Source: a virus (taxonomy: Duplodnaviria > Caudoviricetes). Taken from it: 40,134 nucleotides of DNA. Positions within the stretch are counted from its first letter, which is position 1. Each line of letters begins with the position of its first letter. The notes below the pieces were generated by a model, which was not told the origin of the DNA, ran no database searches, and saw nothing but the letters and a program-made list of their open reading frames with translations. This document shows positions 22,765-33,844 of the stretch, piece by piece. Location: the IMG/VR virus record IMGVR_UViG_3300030392_000962, positions 1 to 40,134 of that record. One strand, given 5' to 3'. Made by a program: the position numbers and the translations under genes.

Positions 22765-25700
22765 TCAGGGAGCACCTCTTGCAGAGCGCTCTAACGCTGG
22801 GTCTCCAAAGTAAGCCTCTACCCCCGGTACATCCGGCACTGACTGGAGTCTTCTCTGCGGGGCGGTATCCATTCGTTTAGTATGTATTTTTCTGTATTCC
22901 AGTTTCAAGTCTTTAAACTCGTTCGGAACCTGGTCGTGTGTTATGTAGCCCCATTTCAACAGTACCCTTGTTATCTCTTTCTTATGGGCAATCTCCTCGG
23001 CCGTATCGTCTTCAAAGGGCATTCTGAATTTATTTATTCGGCCTATCTCAGAACTACTGCGGAAAAGCTCCCAGTCGGCTAGATAATTTATAGGATTGCC
23101 ACCCTCTCGTTTGGCTCTATCGGCCAATGTTTTATTTATATAATTCTCTTTAAAAGCCCTATCATCACCGATTTTCTTGTATTCTCTCCATACCTCGGGC
23201 AACCACGGCACTACTTCGGCATTTACATCTGCAAAGACGTCGTAGTATTCAAAGTATTCCCTCAGAAACTCCCGGTCCTCACGTAATTCCATGAGTACGG
23301 GGTGATCATTGCGATGAATATAATTCAGTATCTCAGGAACTATCTCGTACGACACCTGTTTGCCGTATTCCTCCTCAATATCTGCCAGAATCCGATCATG
23401 CTTCTCAAAGTCATAATTCATGGCAGAGTCGAGCATGGAAGCATATGGCTGTGCTCCCGTTTGTCCTGCCGCTTCCTTCTCTGCCTGTGTACTCGGCGGA
23501 TACATCCGATCATAATATTCCTGAATGGCAGCATTAAATACAGATTGACGATCCCCGATAGTTTCTGCATCACCGAAGTCGAGTATGCCGTCTTCCTGCG
23601 CCCTGATGCGCTCCTGTCCCCTGCGGGCCGCCCTGTCTTGTAATGCCGAACTGATATGGTTACGGAGAGTTTTGCTATACCAATTGACCTCAAAGCTGTT
23701 ACTTATTCTATCGTTGGTATTATCATCGATTCTATCTTGCCGATCTTCATGTTTCTGCCATTCCGAACCCTGTGCCAACCTTTCTTCATTATATTTAGCT
23801 ATCGCTCCCCGAGCACTGCCACCAAGGTCGAGCCGGGCGACGACATTGCTCGGCAACAGGCTGGTGTCTGGGTTACCGAATTTATCTTGAAACGTCTTTT
23901 GCAGCTCCTCTGGATTATTGATAAGGTCTCTAAGCCAATCCTCTATCTCGATGGCTGGCTTCCCAAGCCTCTTGCCTTCCATTAACTCATAAAAAGTTTC
24001 TGGAATGAGCATGGTGTTAACCCGTGCCCGTTCCACATCACGGATGCCGGGAGCATATGCGGCGGTGCCAATGCCGAATACACCAGCTACTGAAAAGGTA
24101 ATGGCCTCTTCAGTAGTTTTTGCTTCCCCGGCTATCTCTTTCAGTTCCTGTGGCCATATTGGTATAAAATGCTTGCCTACATAGGCGAGAACACCTTCGG
24201 CAGTTTTTGGTATATGTTCCCCAACAAAGGTCTGCCCCAGTTCTTCAGTTAGTATAGGCCACCAAATATCAACAACAGTTCCTGCGGATGGATGCAATTT
24301 ACCTTGTAAGAAACGCTGTAATATATCTATCTCTTCCGATGTGAATGCGGTGACACTCGGAGCGTCACTGCTAATCGTTCTCGCAATAACCCTTGCTATC
24401 TGTTGCTCGCCGCCCCAGAAATCAACCCTGATGTTCCCGACCCGCCCCTTGCCGAAATCCGCAGACTCCGGGTCGAGGCTTACCTGTGCGTCATGTCGAA
24501 AATTGAGCAACTGCAAGGCACCCAGTGATAACGAGACAGACCCTACAAGGTCTCTGAAAACTTCCTTGCGAACCGCAGAGTGCTTGGACAATAACATCGC
24601 CGGGGCTTGAATTTTCGATAATAAGAGACGGGGAGCCCAGAATACAAACGTGAGAGTATTTAATAGTCCTTCACCCCATCCTTTTAAAGACCCTCTGCCG
24701 GTAGCATAGTTTACATACTTGACAAAAGCCTCCATCCGTTCTTCATGGTTAGCCAAATATGAAAAGAGGTTTGTATCTTCAGAGAAGTGACCGCGTACCC
24801 CTTTGGCTATCTTTGAAAACAGGCCGGTCTGGACAACATCTTTGTCGGCAAGTTGTAAATAACCCTCCTGGCTTCTGCCTTCCGTTGCCCGGCGTACCCA
24901 TTCATCAAACTCGTCCATATTGCGGGCACCGGCATTCCTCATCATTTGATTCTCGAAGTTCTTCGCCATGGTCAGGCGAAGATCATTCAAAAACGTGGTG
25001 TGGGAACGAGCAGACCACTTAACAAATGGTATCTTTTGAGCGAAATTGCTTCGCCAGATTTCTTCACTCTGCTGCAATCCCTTTTCGGTCCCAATCTCAC
25101 CAAAAAAAAGGCCGCGCTTTCTCATACGGGGAAGAGCTGGGTCTTTGAGCATATCGCTGGCTTTCCTTGCAGCGTAATCTTCATCGGCAAATGCACGTAT
25201 GCTCTTGAGAGCCGCGCCGTAAAACTCCTTCCTTCTGGGGAGTAACCATGCCTGTCTGAGAAGTGCAGAAAAGTCTGTAGAACCCAATACCGCTCTTGGC
25301 AAATCCCATAGCTCTCGTCCAACATTCATCATATTAGCCACAAGGCGTTCTTGTTTATTTAATTGCTTGAGCCCCGTGCCAAAGAATTTCTCCAGTAATT
25401 CTGTTTGATATTCGGCTGGCACCATGCCGTCTCTTATTATGTTATCAAGGGCCTTTTTTGCTTCTCCGGGTTCATATCCGCCGAAATGCTTGGGATATCT
25501 TCTAGCTATATCGTCGATCTCTCCTTTCCACATATTTAACTGCTGATCTGTAACCCGGCTTCTCAACTCCTCAAAGCTAGGCTTTAGCTTACCACTTTTT
25601 ATGGCCGCGGCCGCCGCGTCAATTTCTGGTTGCGCCGCGGCCCAAGCTGCGTTCTGTTCGTTTTGAGGTAAAGCGTCAATTCTTTTTCCGTGAGATTCAA

Positions 25701-26682
25701 GAAGTGCCTTCAACCGCTCAGATGCCGATTTCCGGCCGGCAGATACAACCCTTGCGCTCTCCGGCCCAAGATCGGCAGCCTCTTTAAAGATATCTCTTAA
25801 TAGCCAAGCTTTACTCACAACCTTGCGGCCTTCCTCCAACGCCAATGATGCGACCCTTGCAAGTGTTTTTGATTTACCTGTCCAGTTAAGCCACCCTATC
25901 GGCAAAAATTCGAGAGGCAACTCCACTGCGAGTTGCTCAAGCTCGGGCCTATCGCGATGACGGTCAAGAATCTGACCCCATAATTTCTTCTTTTCCTCCG
26001 CTGAACCGGCACTCCAAAAGGTGCGGCCACCATACTCTTTGAATGATAGTCTGAAAAGCTCTTTAAGATCGTCGCGAGTCTCCTCAGAGAGTTGCTGGAA
26101 ATGTTCGCTCGTATAGATTTCTTTAGAAATATACGGTGCCCCAATAGCAGTAAGCACCTCGGCCCCAAGGGCTACAGGCGCATTCCCAAGAAAAGCTTTC
26201 GTTTTTCCTGTTATATGTTCGTCAGCCCTCTGAATATAGCCTCTTGCAGATTCGGGTATAACGCTAGTTTCGTAGGGTGCTGCTGCCGCCGCAGCGTGTC
26301 TCACAGCACCTTCCTCTTCATATCCCGCCCTTGCTTCTATTCTCCTCTGTTCAGGCGGTGCCTGCTCCTGCTGTATCGTTCTTATTCCAAATATGCGCTG
26401 AAGTGCCTCTGCCGGCAACCCCATCAATCCCCGCGGTATACCCGGGTCATATCCATAAGCCCGCTGTACTGCGCCTCCCAGTTTCCCGGCACCACTACTT
26501 ACCCCTTTTATTATGTTTTCAACATAGGTGGGAGGTACGGGAGGGCCTCGGTATAGGTCCTCATCGGATATTGGTGCCGGATCGCCGGCTGCCAGATACT
26601 CAATATCAGGGGGTTTGCCGATTGCGCTTAGTTCAGTACTCCGAGGCAGTATTCGTTTAATGTCTTCTATGGGTCTAACCAT
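22765..26682 (-). CDS. Large internal virion/DNA-ejection-type protein
   Basis: 1305 aa, mostly helical, between portal and scaffold; function inferred from size and position. Confidence 0.6.
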   Translation of the reverse strand: MVRPIEDIKRILPRSTELSAIGKPPDIEYLAAGDPAPISDEDLYRGPPVPPTYVENIIKGVSSGAGKLGGAVQRAYGYDPGIPRGLMGLPAEALQRIFGIRTIQQEQAPPEQRRIEARAGYEEEGAVRHAAAAAAPYETSVIPESARGYIQRADEHITGKTKAFLGNAPVALGAEVLTAIGAPYISKEIYTSEHFQQLSEETRDDLKELFRLSFKEYGGRTFWSAGSAEEKKKLWGQILDRHRDRPELEQLAVELPLEFLPIGWLNWTGKSKTLARVASLALEEGRKVVSKAWLLRDIFKEAADLGPESARVVSAGRKSASERLKALLESHGKRIDALPQNEQNAAWAAAQPEIDAAAAAIKSGKLKPSFEELRSRVTDQQLNMWKGEIDDIARRYPKHFGGYEPGEAKKALDNIIRDGMVPAEYQTELLEKFFGTGLKQLNKQERLVANMMNVGRELWDLPRAVLGSTDFSALLRQAWLLPRRKEFYGAALKSIRAFADEDYAARKASDMLKDPALPRMRKRGLFFGEIGTEKGLQQSEEIWRSNFAQKIPFVKWSARSHTTFLNDLRLTMAKNFENQMMRNAGARNMDEFDEWVRRATEGRSQEGYLQLADKDVVQTGLFSKIAKGVRGHFSEDTNLFSYLANHEERMEAFVKYVNYATGRGSLKGWGEGLLNTLTFVFWAPRLLLSKIQAPAMLLSKHSAVRKEVFRDLVGSVSLSLGALQLLNFRHDAQVSLDPESADFGKGRVGNIRVDFWGGEQQIARVIARTISSDAPSVTAFTSEEIDILQRFLQGKLHPSAGTVVDIWWPILTEELGQTFVGEHIPKTAEGVLAYVGKHFIPIWPQELKEIAGEAKTTEEAITFSVAGVFGIGTAAYAPGIRDVERARVNTMLIPETFYELMEGKRLGKPAIEIEDWLRDLINNPEELQKTFQDKFGNPDTSLLPSNVVARLDLGGSARGAIAKYNEERLAQGSEWQKHEDRQDRIDDNTNDRISNSFEVNWYSKTLRNHISSALQDRAARRGQERIRAQEDGILDFGDAETIGDRQSVFNAAIQEYYDRMYPPSTQAEKEAAGQTGAQPYASMLDSAMNYDFEKHDRILADIEEEYGKQVSYEIVPEILNYIHRNDHPVLMELREDREFLREYFEYYDVFADVNAEVVPWLPEVWREYKKIGDDRAFKENYINKTLADRAKREGGNPINYLADWELFRSSSEIGRINKFRMPFEDDTAEEIAHKKEITRVLLKWGYITHDQVPNEFKDLKLEYRKIHTKRMDTAPQRRLQSVPDVPGVEAYFGDPALERSARGAP

Positions 26683-26690
26683 CTGCTACC

Positions 26691-29315
26691 TCACCGTATA
26701 CGAGTCCGGCCCCTGCGTAGTGACCGCTGCTGCACTTGTTCTTTTTCCAACTCTTTTTCCAACTCTGCTTGGCGTTCAATTTCCAGTTGATCTGCCAACT
26801 GTTGTTGTTGCTCTTCCTGCTGTTCGGCAAGGTATCCCGGGCTCGTCTCATACTCGCGGCGTATGCCGGGTATTCTGGACTCCAAAAATGGAAGAAAGTC
26901 AAACTTGGTAGGCAGGGCAGCAGTTTTCTGCCTCGCGAAGCCCCTGATGCCTCCGATACCCATTGCGGCAGGAGTTCTCCATCTGCCCAGCTTGTCTACC
27001 TCGACACCGGGGGGAGGCTCGGGTTCTGGCTTGCCTTCTTCAACCTCGGGCTTTTCCATAATTCCCCTAGTGCCCAGTCCCATTAAACGCTCCTCCAGAT
27101 CACGTCTCTGCTGTCTTCTCTGTTCCTCTGCGTACTCAGGAAACTCCTCGTATAGTCCCGGCAGGGCCTTAATAATACTGCCCTGAAAGCCGGTGTCACC
27201 ACCTGAGAAGCCGGCTATAGCTTCTGCAAGCTCCGGCCGTTCAGCAAATCCAAGCTCTGTGGGTGGAGGACGATATATCTGCCCCCCTGTGGGGAATCCA
27301 GGGAAGGGTGCCCCTGTTTCTCCGATAGCACGTTGTACCAGCCCCGGAGGAGCCGGCGGGGCGCTGGGGTCCATCTGCATCCGAAACTGTTCCGGGGTGA
27401 CGGGCCCTGTCACCCGCTTGTCAGGCAGCCACTGCCCGGCTCGTTCTGCTTCAATGGCTCTCTTGATCACCGCACCGGGACTCAGATACTCCTCTTCTAA
27501 GTCTTTTTGACGACTCAGATAGTCCTCTGACACTGTAGGTGTCTGGCCCATCAGGAATTGAGCCTGGTCAACGGGACGGCCCATCTCATCTACGGCCGGC
27601 TGTTCTTCATATAAAGCATCGAGGCCCATATCTGCCTTATCGGGTTCCCGGTATATGTGCCTTCCTTCCTCGTCTACTTCGGGTGAACCAAGAAGTTGAT
27701 TCGTATATTCAACAAAATTAAAAGTCTCTGGATTGGCAAGTGCCGCAGAGCGTATCAGGGGGCCTATCTGGGGAGCTATATTGGACTGGAAGTACTCCTG
27801 AAATGCTGCATCACCGTAAGCGCCTATATCACCTGTCGGGCTCAATTGTTGGAGTTGCTGCTGAACCTGGTTACTGATCTCTTCATCAGTGGCCCCTGCG
27901 ATGGAGTCGTTAATCTTTTTCATTTTAGCACTGGCGAGGAAGTCTCTTTCGCCGGCTTCGACCTGTCGATCATACTCATCTGTTACGGAGTTGATACCGT
28001 CTAGTGAAATATTAAGATCAAGTTCTGTTATAAATTCGGAATCGAAATCACTCTTTGTGTAACCGGCATCCCTCAAGAATGCGTTTCTTTTTAAGTTACT
28101 GGGGTCCTTTTTTTGTTCAGCGAGCAGTAGGGCATCACGTTTCTCCAGCACGTCAAAAAGAAACGTTTCGCCCAATGTATCTAATTCTTCTAAATAAGCA
28201 CGGGCTGCCGCACCCGGCTCAAGGCCCGGATTGTTGTTGTTGACATCCAGTATTTTCTGCTCAAATCTACCTTTCAGCAACATATATCGATCATTAACTG
28301 CCGCGCCCATAAATTCATCGGGCCACTCACCTTTACCAAACCTACCGATACCCGATTTTGAAGCAAGGTGTGCGGCTATTGCGCTCTTTATATTGTCATC
28401 TGAGATAGTACCGCCAATCTCGTCGGGCGTGAGAAGGCTCACTATGTTGTTTTCACCAATCTGGGCACGTACCTCTTCTTCGGTGAGTCCGAAGGTAGGA
28501 AGAAGCATACTGAATTCTGGACTGTCTCTCCTGATCTCATTAGCGAGCTGGGTGGCGAAGTTACGCCTTATTCTCCCTGAAGACGGTCTTATTTGACGCA
28601 TGATGGCAGGAAGATTACTCTCTAATTGCTCAAGCAGCCTTGTAGAATCCTCCTCCATCTCTGGAGATGCTTCTATATAAAGAATGGCTTCGAGTTGCGG
28701 TATCGTGAGCATCCCTTCATCAGCCATCGTGGTAACAATCTTCCTGATTTGCTGACCCTTGGTCGGCGCATCCGGCATCGCCTTGATCTCTCTCGCCTTG
28801 TTTTCTACTAACATAATGGACATCTGTTGCCATTTTTCAAAACTTGCTGCGCCTATTCCTGTTAACTCACTTATAGGCTCTGTAACAAAACCCTGCTCAT
28901 CTATTTGCAGAGGATCAATTGTAAGCCGGCTTGCAAGCCTCTCAGTTACGAAATCCTTTATCGTCTCTAGATATAGCTCTTTCCCCATCAATGAGCCCTC
29001 TTGTTGGATAAACGCTCGCAGCTCGCCTCGTTTATCCAGCGCGTCCCTGATATCAAAGACCACCTCTGCAATGAGACTTTTGGCCGTTGATTCATTATGC
29101 TTGGGGCGGGTGTCTTCTCTTTCCTCCACTGTAATCGTTACTGGTGTCCCTTCGGGCACATTTATTGCAGGACCAGTCGACCAAGACTTTGATTCCGTAT
29201 CCTTTGGAACGTACTCTCTTGTCGGCGGCGAAAGGATAAGATTCAGTGCATCAAGTACACTTTTAATATCCGATTCCTCAATATTTAGATCATCTCTGTT
29301 ACGCGGTAGTGGCAT
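26691..29315 (-). CDS. Large acidic internal virion-type protein
   Basis: 874 aa; GAGGT RBS; Q/E-rich C-terminal coil. Confidence 0.6.
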   Translation of the reverse strand: MPLPRNRDDLNIEESDIKSVLDALNLILSPPTREYVPKDTESKSWSTGPAINVPEGTPVTITVEEREDTRPKHNESTAKSLIAEVVFDIRDALDKRGELRAFIQQEGSLMGKELYLETIKDFVTERLASRLTIDPLQIDEQGFVTEPISELTGIGAASFEKWQQMSIMLVENKAREIKAMPDAPTKGQQIRKIVTTMADEGMLTIPQLEAILYIEASPEMEEDSTRLLEQLESNLPAIMRQIRPSSGRIRRNFATQLANEIRRDSPEFSMLLPTFGLTEEEVRAQIGENNIVSLLTPDEIGGTISDDNIKSAIAAHLASKSGIGRFGKGEWPDEFMGAAVNDRYMLLKGRFEQKILDVNNNNPGLEPGAAARAYLEELDTLGETFLFDVLEKRDALLLAEQKKDPSNLKRNAFLRDAGYTKSDFDSEFITELDLNISLDGINSVTDEYDRQVEAGERDFLASAKMKKINDSIAGATDEEISNQVQQQLQQLSPTGDIGAYGDAAFQEYFQSNIAPQIGPLIRSAALANPETFNFVEYTNQLLGSPEVDEEGRHIYREPDKADMGLDALYEEQPAVDEMGRPVDQAQFLMGQTPTVSEDYLSRQKDLEEEYLSPGAVIKRAIEAERAGQWLPDKRVTGPVTPEQFRMQMDPSAPPAPPGLVQRAIGETGAPFPGFPTGGQIYRPPPTELGFAERPELAEAIAGFSGGDTGFQGSIIKALPGLYEEFPEYAEEQRRQQRRDLEERLMGLGTRGIMEKPEVEEGKPEPEPPPGVEVDKLGRWRTPAAMGIGGIRGFARQKTAALPTKFDFLPFLESRIPGIRREYETSPGYLAEQQEEQQQQLADQLEIERQAELEKELEKEQVQQRSLRRGRTRIR

Positions 29316-29317
29316 TT

Positions 29318-29515
29318 TTACCTCAAGTCTTCCATTCGGATATCGCGGTCTTTATACCATTTCTTGACCAATGACGGGCCGCCCAGTGCGCGGGGACTCA
29401 GCCCCTTCATCACCTTGGGAGGGGCTTTTGTCTTCTCGGCCTCTTTTTTCAGGGCACGGTACTCCTCAAGGACATCCACCAGTACCCTTGTGTGTTCGTT
29501 CAGTTGTTTCGCCAC
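29318..29515 (-). CDS. Small basic hypothetical protein
   Basis: GAGGTG RBS, GTG start coupled to the portal stop. Confidence 0.65.
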   Translation of the reverse strand: MAKQLNEHTRVLVDVLEEYRALKKEAEKTKAPPKVMKGLSPRALGGPSLVKKWYKDRDIRMEDLR

Positions 29516-31317
29516 TATATCACCTCTATGCGCTTGGGCTTGGCAACGTCGCCGGCAAGAGGTTCCCGGAGTTCACGCTCTGCTGCGCTAGGAGTGTTGG
29601 CCATAGTTGCGACGTCGGGCATCCCCATCGGCATCTCGGTCATGCGGCCGTCCATACCGGCCGCCTCCTGCTCCTGTCCGAGGGCTGCTGCGACCTCATC
29701 CTCTATCCCCATCATCTCGGCTTCCTTCATGGCAAACTTAGCCGCCACATCGGGATTAGCCTCGATACGCTCCCTGCGTATCCTGCGTTTCTCCGCAGCC
29801 ACGTCCTCGCGGCGCACATCCTCGATCTGGTATGACTCCCATGACTTGAGTCCCATCTGTACCTCGCGCATACCGAGTTCGCGTCTCTGTAAGTCCATGA
29901 CAGGATCCATGACCTCAAAGCTGACATCAACGTCATATATATGGTGGATATCGGAGGCTTTCAGGGTCTTTCCACGTACCCCTATGGAGCCTCTGAGGTC
30001 TTTGATGGTATCTACTATGCGGAGAATGCGGCCGGCGGTGATAGATGCGAGATGTTCTATCTGTACGGCCACGCCGATGAACTTCTGGCCGGACTTACTC
30101 TGTAACAGTGCCTGCTGCCCGACCGTGCTCACACCGGGTTCCCGGTATCCTCCGAGCATCCGCGGGAATGATCCCTGCTCGATATCCTGATCGGCTTCCC
30201 GGCCTTCCTCGAACATCCATGCCGGAACCTGTTTTGTCTTCATGGTCCAGAAGTCTTCCTGATCGCCCTGTAATATATCTCCCCTGGCCTTGCGCTGCGC
30301 GGTCTCCTGCGGGTCCTGCGTTGTGCCCTCGGGGGCATATGCCGCTTCCATCAGGAGTTCATGCCGGGCAGACCGGCCCTGTGCCTGTACCCTGAGACTG
30401 TCCATGATGGGATCGAGCAGACCTACGGCCAGATGCGACGGGTCGAAATCATCCTGGCTTGCCGGTTCCATTCCGAATCCTGAAAGCGCCTGTGCGACCG
30501 GGACAAATCCCCATGTGTTTTTCTCAGTCCATAGCACCGGGCCGCCCACGACCTTGAACGTATGGGCTGAAAGTGTCCAGTGATCTGTAACGGAAACCAT
30601 ATCGTACAGGCTTTTCTCATCAGGTTTGTACTCCTGTGCATTGGAAAGCTTTTTCATCTTTTCCGCAGAGATGCGGGCCAGTTCAAAAGCCGGCATACGT
30701 CCCTTGATAATCGCCATATCGGGCTGTTTCTTGAAAGGGTCGCACAGTACCCGCGCCGGGTGTATGGCCTTGTAACAGATCGGGTTCCAGTTCTTTTTAG
30801 CGGCCCTGTACATAGCCATCCGGGCATCGAACTCGTCCTCGTCCTCGTTGCGGCCCCTTTTAGGCTCTACGGGCTTTAAGCTGTAATCAAGGTTGGGGCC
30901 GTCTATGCACATACGGCCGTACTGCAAAGCGTACCGCCCCATCTGTTTAAACGGGATAACAACCTCGCGGAGAGCAGAATCGTTCAGTATTGCGGACAGT
31001 GCTATCTCTATCCTGTCCGCCGACTCCTTGTGGGCATCGCCCTCACCCATAGGCTCACGGTGGAGCTTGGGCTGGAATGCAAGCTGCGTATCGGCTGCGT
31101 GGTCAATGATATTGGTCGGGGTGCTGGGACGGTACACGCCCCGCTTTGCAGCCTTCTGGGGCGTCACGCCGGGCCACAGGGGGTATTTACGGTGATAGAA
31201 GTTATCGACGTTGTCCCAGTTACTGAACGTCGATGCCCACATATCAGTGTAATACTTGAAGTCCTGCTCTACGACACGTTCTAAGTCTCTAGCCGGGGTC
31301 TCTTTTATTTCAGGCAT
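29515..31317 (-). CDS. Portal protein
   Basis: 600 aa directly after terL; N-terminal NIID..QL..P, helical core, acidic tail. Confidence 0.8.
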   Translation of the reverse strand: MPEIKETPARDLERVVEQDFKYYTDMWASTFSNWDNVDNFYHRKYPLWPGVTPQKAAKRGVYRPSTPTNIIDHAADTQLAFQPKLHREPMGEGDAHKESADRIEIALSAILNDSALREVVIPFKQMGRYALQYGRMCIDGPNLDYSLKPVEPKRGRNEDEDEFDARMAMYRAAKKNWNPICYKAIHPARVLCDPFKKQPDMAIIKGRMPAFELARISAEKMKKLSNAQEYKPDEKSLYDMVSVTDHWTLSAHTFKVVGGPVLWTEKNTWGFVPVAQALSGFGMEPASQDDFDPSHLAVGLLDPIMDSLRVQAQGRSARHELLMEAAYAPEGTTQDPQETAQRKARGDILQGDQEDFWTMKTKQVPAWMFEEGREADQDIEQGSFPRMLGGYREPGVSTVGQQALLQSKSGQKFIGVAVQIEHLASITAGRILRIVDTIKDLRGSIGVRGKTLKASDIHHIYDVDVSFEVMDPVMDLQRRELGMREVQMGLKSWESYQIEDVRREDVAAEKRRIRRERIEANPDVAAKFAMKEAEMMGIEDEVAAALGQEQEAAGMDGRMTEMPMGMPDVATMANTPSAAERELREPLAGDVAKPKRIEVI

Positions 31318-31328
31318 CCGATTACCAC

Positions 31329-32876
31329 CTACCAGTTTGGAGCGAGTGTTGGGCTGTTGTCACCAAAAAGTCCGTTGAACTCCTGGGCGGGTGACTGCCC
31401 GAGCGGCTCGTTCAGCATCTGATAAGCGATGCCGACTGCCATCGGGTAGTCATCGTGTCCGTTTTGTACTGCCTCGACACGTCCGTCCTTTTGGGGATTC
31501 TTTATAACATCATAGAACTGGTTCAGTCCCATCCTGTTATGCAGTATGAGCCCGCGTGAGTCCACCAAGGAACCGAGATCGTTCCAGAGAATCCAGCGGT
31601 GCTTTTCATCTGTGTTCCATCCGATATCAGTACGGCCGCCCCGGGTGCGTCTTTTATAGAGACGCGGATACATGGACATCTTCGCGGTGGTGACAGCCGC
31701 GAGACCCAGTCCCGTGTTCTCTATCGCCCAGAGGGGCTTACGGTACATCTCAAGCATCTTAACGCTCTGTTCGACGAAATTGTCTACCTCAAGGCTGTCA
31801 GAGACGATATCGGCAACGATATCAGTTGTACCCACATCCATGATAACCGTAACGCTGTAATCGGCCCCAACGCCCTTGGATATGTCTGACGCGGCCACGT
31901 ACCGCCTGTTGGGCCTCGGTGCGACATAAAGATTGATGTCGTTCACAATACGGTAGGGCTTGCGTATATCGTTTTCCATATCTTTCAGGGCGTCATGGTT
32001 GAACTTGGCCGAGACGGCAGAGGGGGCCAGTGCCTGTTCTGCCGTTTGCGGGTATTCCTGTTCCATGTAAAGGTCAATACCGAGACGCTGCGCTTCAGGT
32101 GAGTCACTTGCCTCTTTTCTGCGTGACTCGTACCACTCCTGGTCGCGGCCCGGCCGCACGTCCCATCCGAAGAACACGGGATGCCAGCCGTTGGCGGGCG
32201 CTCCCTTGAAGATGTTCTTGAATATCGTGGTGCCGCGAGCCTTGTTTGCGCTGGAGAGCATAACGTACTGCCCGCCGGCGTCGATAGTCGGCTTGACCGC
32301 GTTGTAGTTTGCTTCAAGGTACTCGTGGAAGTCTGCCTCGTCCTGTATCACAAGTGTCGCGGTTTCAGACCGACCGGCATCCTCCGTGGACGGGAATGCC
32401 ACGATGCTGCTGTTCTGTTGCGGTATGGAGAACTCCGAGTTGGAATCAGAACCTATCGGCAACTGCATATATTCAGGAAGGTTCTTATATATATACTTGG
32501 CCTTCTTGAGAAGGTTCTTTGCCTCGACCTCACCCCGGGAGAACTCCAGTATCTGGGCACTCTCGAAGAATCTCAGGAGCCACGCCGCATAGGCTGAAAC
32601 GGTCCATGAAGCCCCTATCTGCCTTGCCTTCAACAGGTCTATCAGGCGGTGCTCGGTAAGCGAGTCCACTAGATTCATCAGGTGCGGCCACCGCTCGAAC
32701 TTCTTCTTCCCGCCCTGTATACCCATGAGCGGGTTCGGCTTTTCATCTATATAAACGAACTCAAGGAAGTGCTCTTTGAAGTAACGGCGACACAGCTCGG
32801 TCTGAGCCGCCTGCGCCACGGCAATGTCCCGTGCCTGCTGCCTGTTCCCGGCAGGACTTTCGGCTGTTGTTGTCAC
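31329..32876 (-). CDS. terL: Terminase large subunit
   Basis: Walker A LKARQIGASW, Walker B VIQDEAD, nuclease motifs DISKGVGADYS and HDDYPMA. Confidence 0.95.
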   Translation of the reverse strand: MTTTAESPAGNRQQARDIAVAQAAQTELCRRYFKEHFLEFVYIDEKPNPLMGIQGGKKKFERWPHLMNLVDSLTEHRLIDLLKARQIGASWTVSAYAAWLLRFFESAQILEFSRGEVEAKNLLKKAKYIYKNLPEYMQLPIGSDSNSEFSIPQQNSSIVAFPSTEDAGRSETATLVIQDEADFHEYLEANYNAVKPTIDAGGQYVMLSSANKARGTTIFKNIFKGAPANGWHPVFFGWDVRPGRDQEWYESRRKEASDSPEAQRLGIDLYMEQEYPQTAEQALAPSAVSAKFNHDALKDMENDIRKPYRIVNDINLYVAPRPNRRYVAASDISKGVGADYSVTVIMDVGTTDIVADIVSDSLEVDNFVEQSVKMLEMYRKPLWAIENTGLGLAAVTTAKMSMYPRLYKRRTRGGRTDIGWNTDEKHRWILWNDLGSLVDSRGLILHNRMGLNQFYDVIKNPQKDGRVEAVQNGHDDYPMAVGIAYQMLNEPLGQSPAQEFNGLFGDNSPTLAPNW

Positions 32877-33043
32877 TTGCGCCTCTTTTTCCCAGCAGCA
32901 GCCATCCTGGCCATTTTCCCGGGCCCGTACTTCTTCCGGCCTATATACGCAGCAAGGGCCTTGGGGTCTTTTGCCCCACCCTGCTTCAGCTTGCCAGACA
33001 GTGCCTTGAACCGCTTACCGCTGCCCAGTTTCGGTTTCGGCAT
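32873..33043 (-). CDS. Small basic protein, 56 aa (not in ORF track)
   Basis: MPKPKLGSGKRFKALSGKL..PKALAAYIGRKKYG..AAAGKKRRK; TAATG and GTGA overlaps. Confidence 0.85.
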   Translation of the reverse strand: MPKPKLGSGKRFKALSGKLKQGGAKDPKALAAYIGRKKYGPGKMARMAAAGKKRRK

Positions 33044-33714
33044 TACCGTCTCCTTCGAGGCACACCTCTTTTAGGAACGGTTCTGCCAAACACCCCTAGG
33101 TTAGGTGTAGGAGCAACTTGGGCAGGAGGCTCCAGATGCTGTGGCCTGTCGAGCATTCGAGTCCCCCCTCTTGGGGGCACACCTCTGTCGATACGCTTGG
33201 GTCTTGCCACACCTCTTGGGGCCACACCTCTTTCAGGAACGGCCCTAGCGGCGGCTTTTTTCTTAACTGCTTTCGGCGGCGGCCGCTTCAAACCGCCTTT
33301 TAGCAGGGCTTTTCGGAGTTCAGGGTCTTCCTCCTGTAGGCGCCGCAGTTCTCCTGTCTTAGCAGCAGCATAGATATGCCGCATTTCCGGGGTGTGCTGC
33401 CGTTTTTCCGCCTCTCTTTCAATTGCCGTTTCCCTTCTTCTGAATCTTGGAAACAGTTTTGAAATCTTTCCCGAACGCGATGTCTGCCCGCCCTCGTTCA
33501 GGGTCTTCGTCATTCTCTTTTGCACCGCCTCTTGGCGCTTCATTGCCACCTTCGCCTTCGAGGGCGTTGGCTTATTAGCTCGCCGCTCGATTTCCGCGAC
33601 CGTTTTAGCCGGCTTTCTCTTCGGCTTGGGCGCGGGGCTTTTAGCCCGCGTTGGCTTATTGGCAAGTGCCTCGATTTCCGCAACAGACCTTCGCCGTCTT
33701 CTCGGTGTTGCCAT
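33043..33714 (-). CDS. Highly basic R/K/P-rich protein
   Basis: AAGGTG RBS; repeated VAEIE..ANKPT and RGVxP motifs. Confidence 0.75.
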   Translation of the reverse strand: MATPRRRRRSVAEIEALANKPTRAKSPAPKPKRKPAKTVAEIERRANKPTPSKAKVAMKRQEAVQKRMTKTLNEGGQTSRSGKISKLFPRFRRRETAIEREAEKRQHTPEMRHIYAAAKTGELRRLQEEDPELRKALLKGGLKRPPPKAVKKKAAARAVPERGVAPRGVARPKRIDRGVPPRGGTRMLDRPQHLEPPAQVAPTPNLGVFGRTVPKRGVPRRRR

Positions 33715-33728
33715 AACGTCACCTTCCC

Positions 33729-33830
33729 TTATTTCTTTGTCTTTTTCCTTGTCCCGGCCTTAACCGCCTTCTTGTGCGCCGCCTTACCCGTCTTAGTATA
33801 AGGATACGTCTTCCCGCCATACTTCGGCAT
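33729..33830 (-). CDS. Tiny basic protein, 33 aa (not in ORF track)
   Basis: GGAGGTG RBS; MPKYGGKTYPYTKTGKAAHKKAVKAGTRKKTKK. Confidence 0.75.
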   Translation of the reverse strand: MPKYGGKTYPYTKTGKAAHKKAVKAGTRKKTKK

Positions 33831-33844
33831 ATAAACCACCTCCC

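Noticed and set aside
22591-22765. Possible 58-aa minus-strand ORF (MCDERNNS...) coupled to the 1305-aa gene
   Set aside because: No recognisable motif and competing short frames; not enough support.
13965-33801. Numerous plus-strand ORFs of 60-230 aa in the ORF track across the structural region
   Set aside because: They are antisense shadows of the continuous, coupled minus-strand virion operon and show no recognisable motifs.
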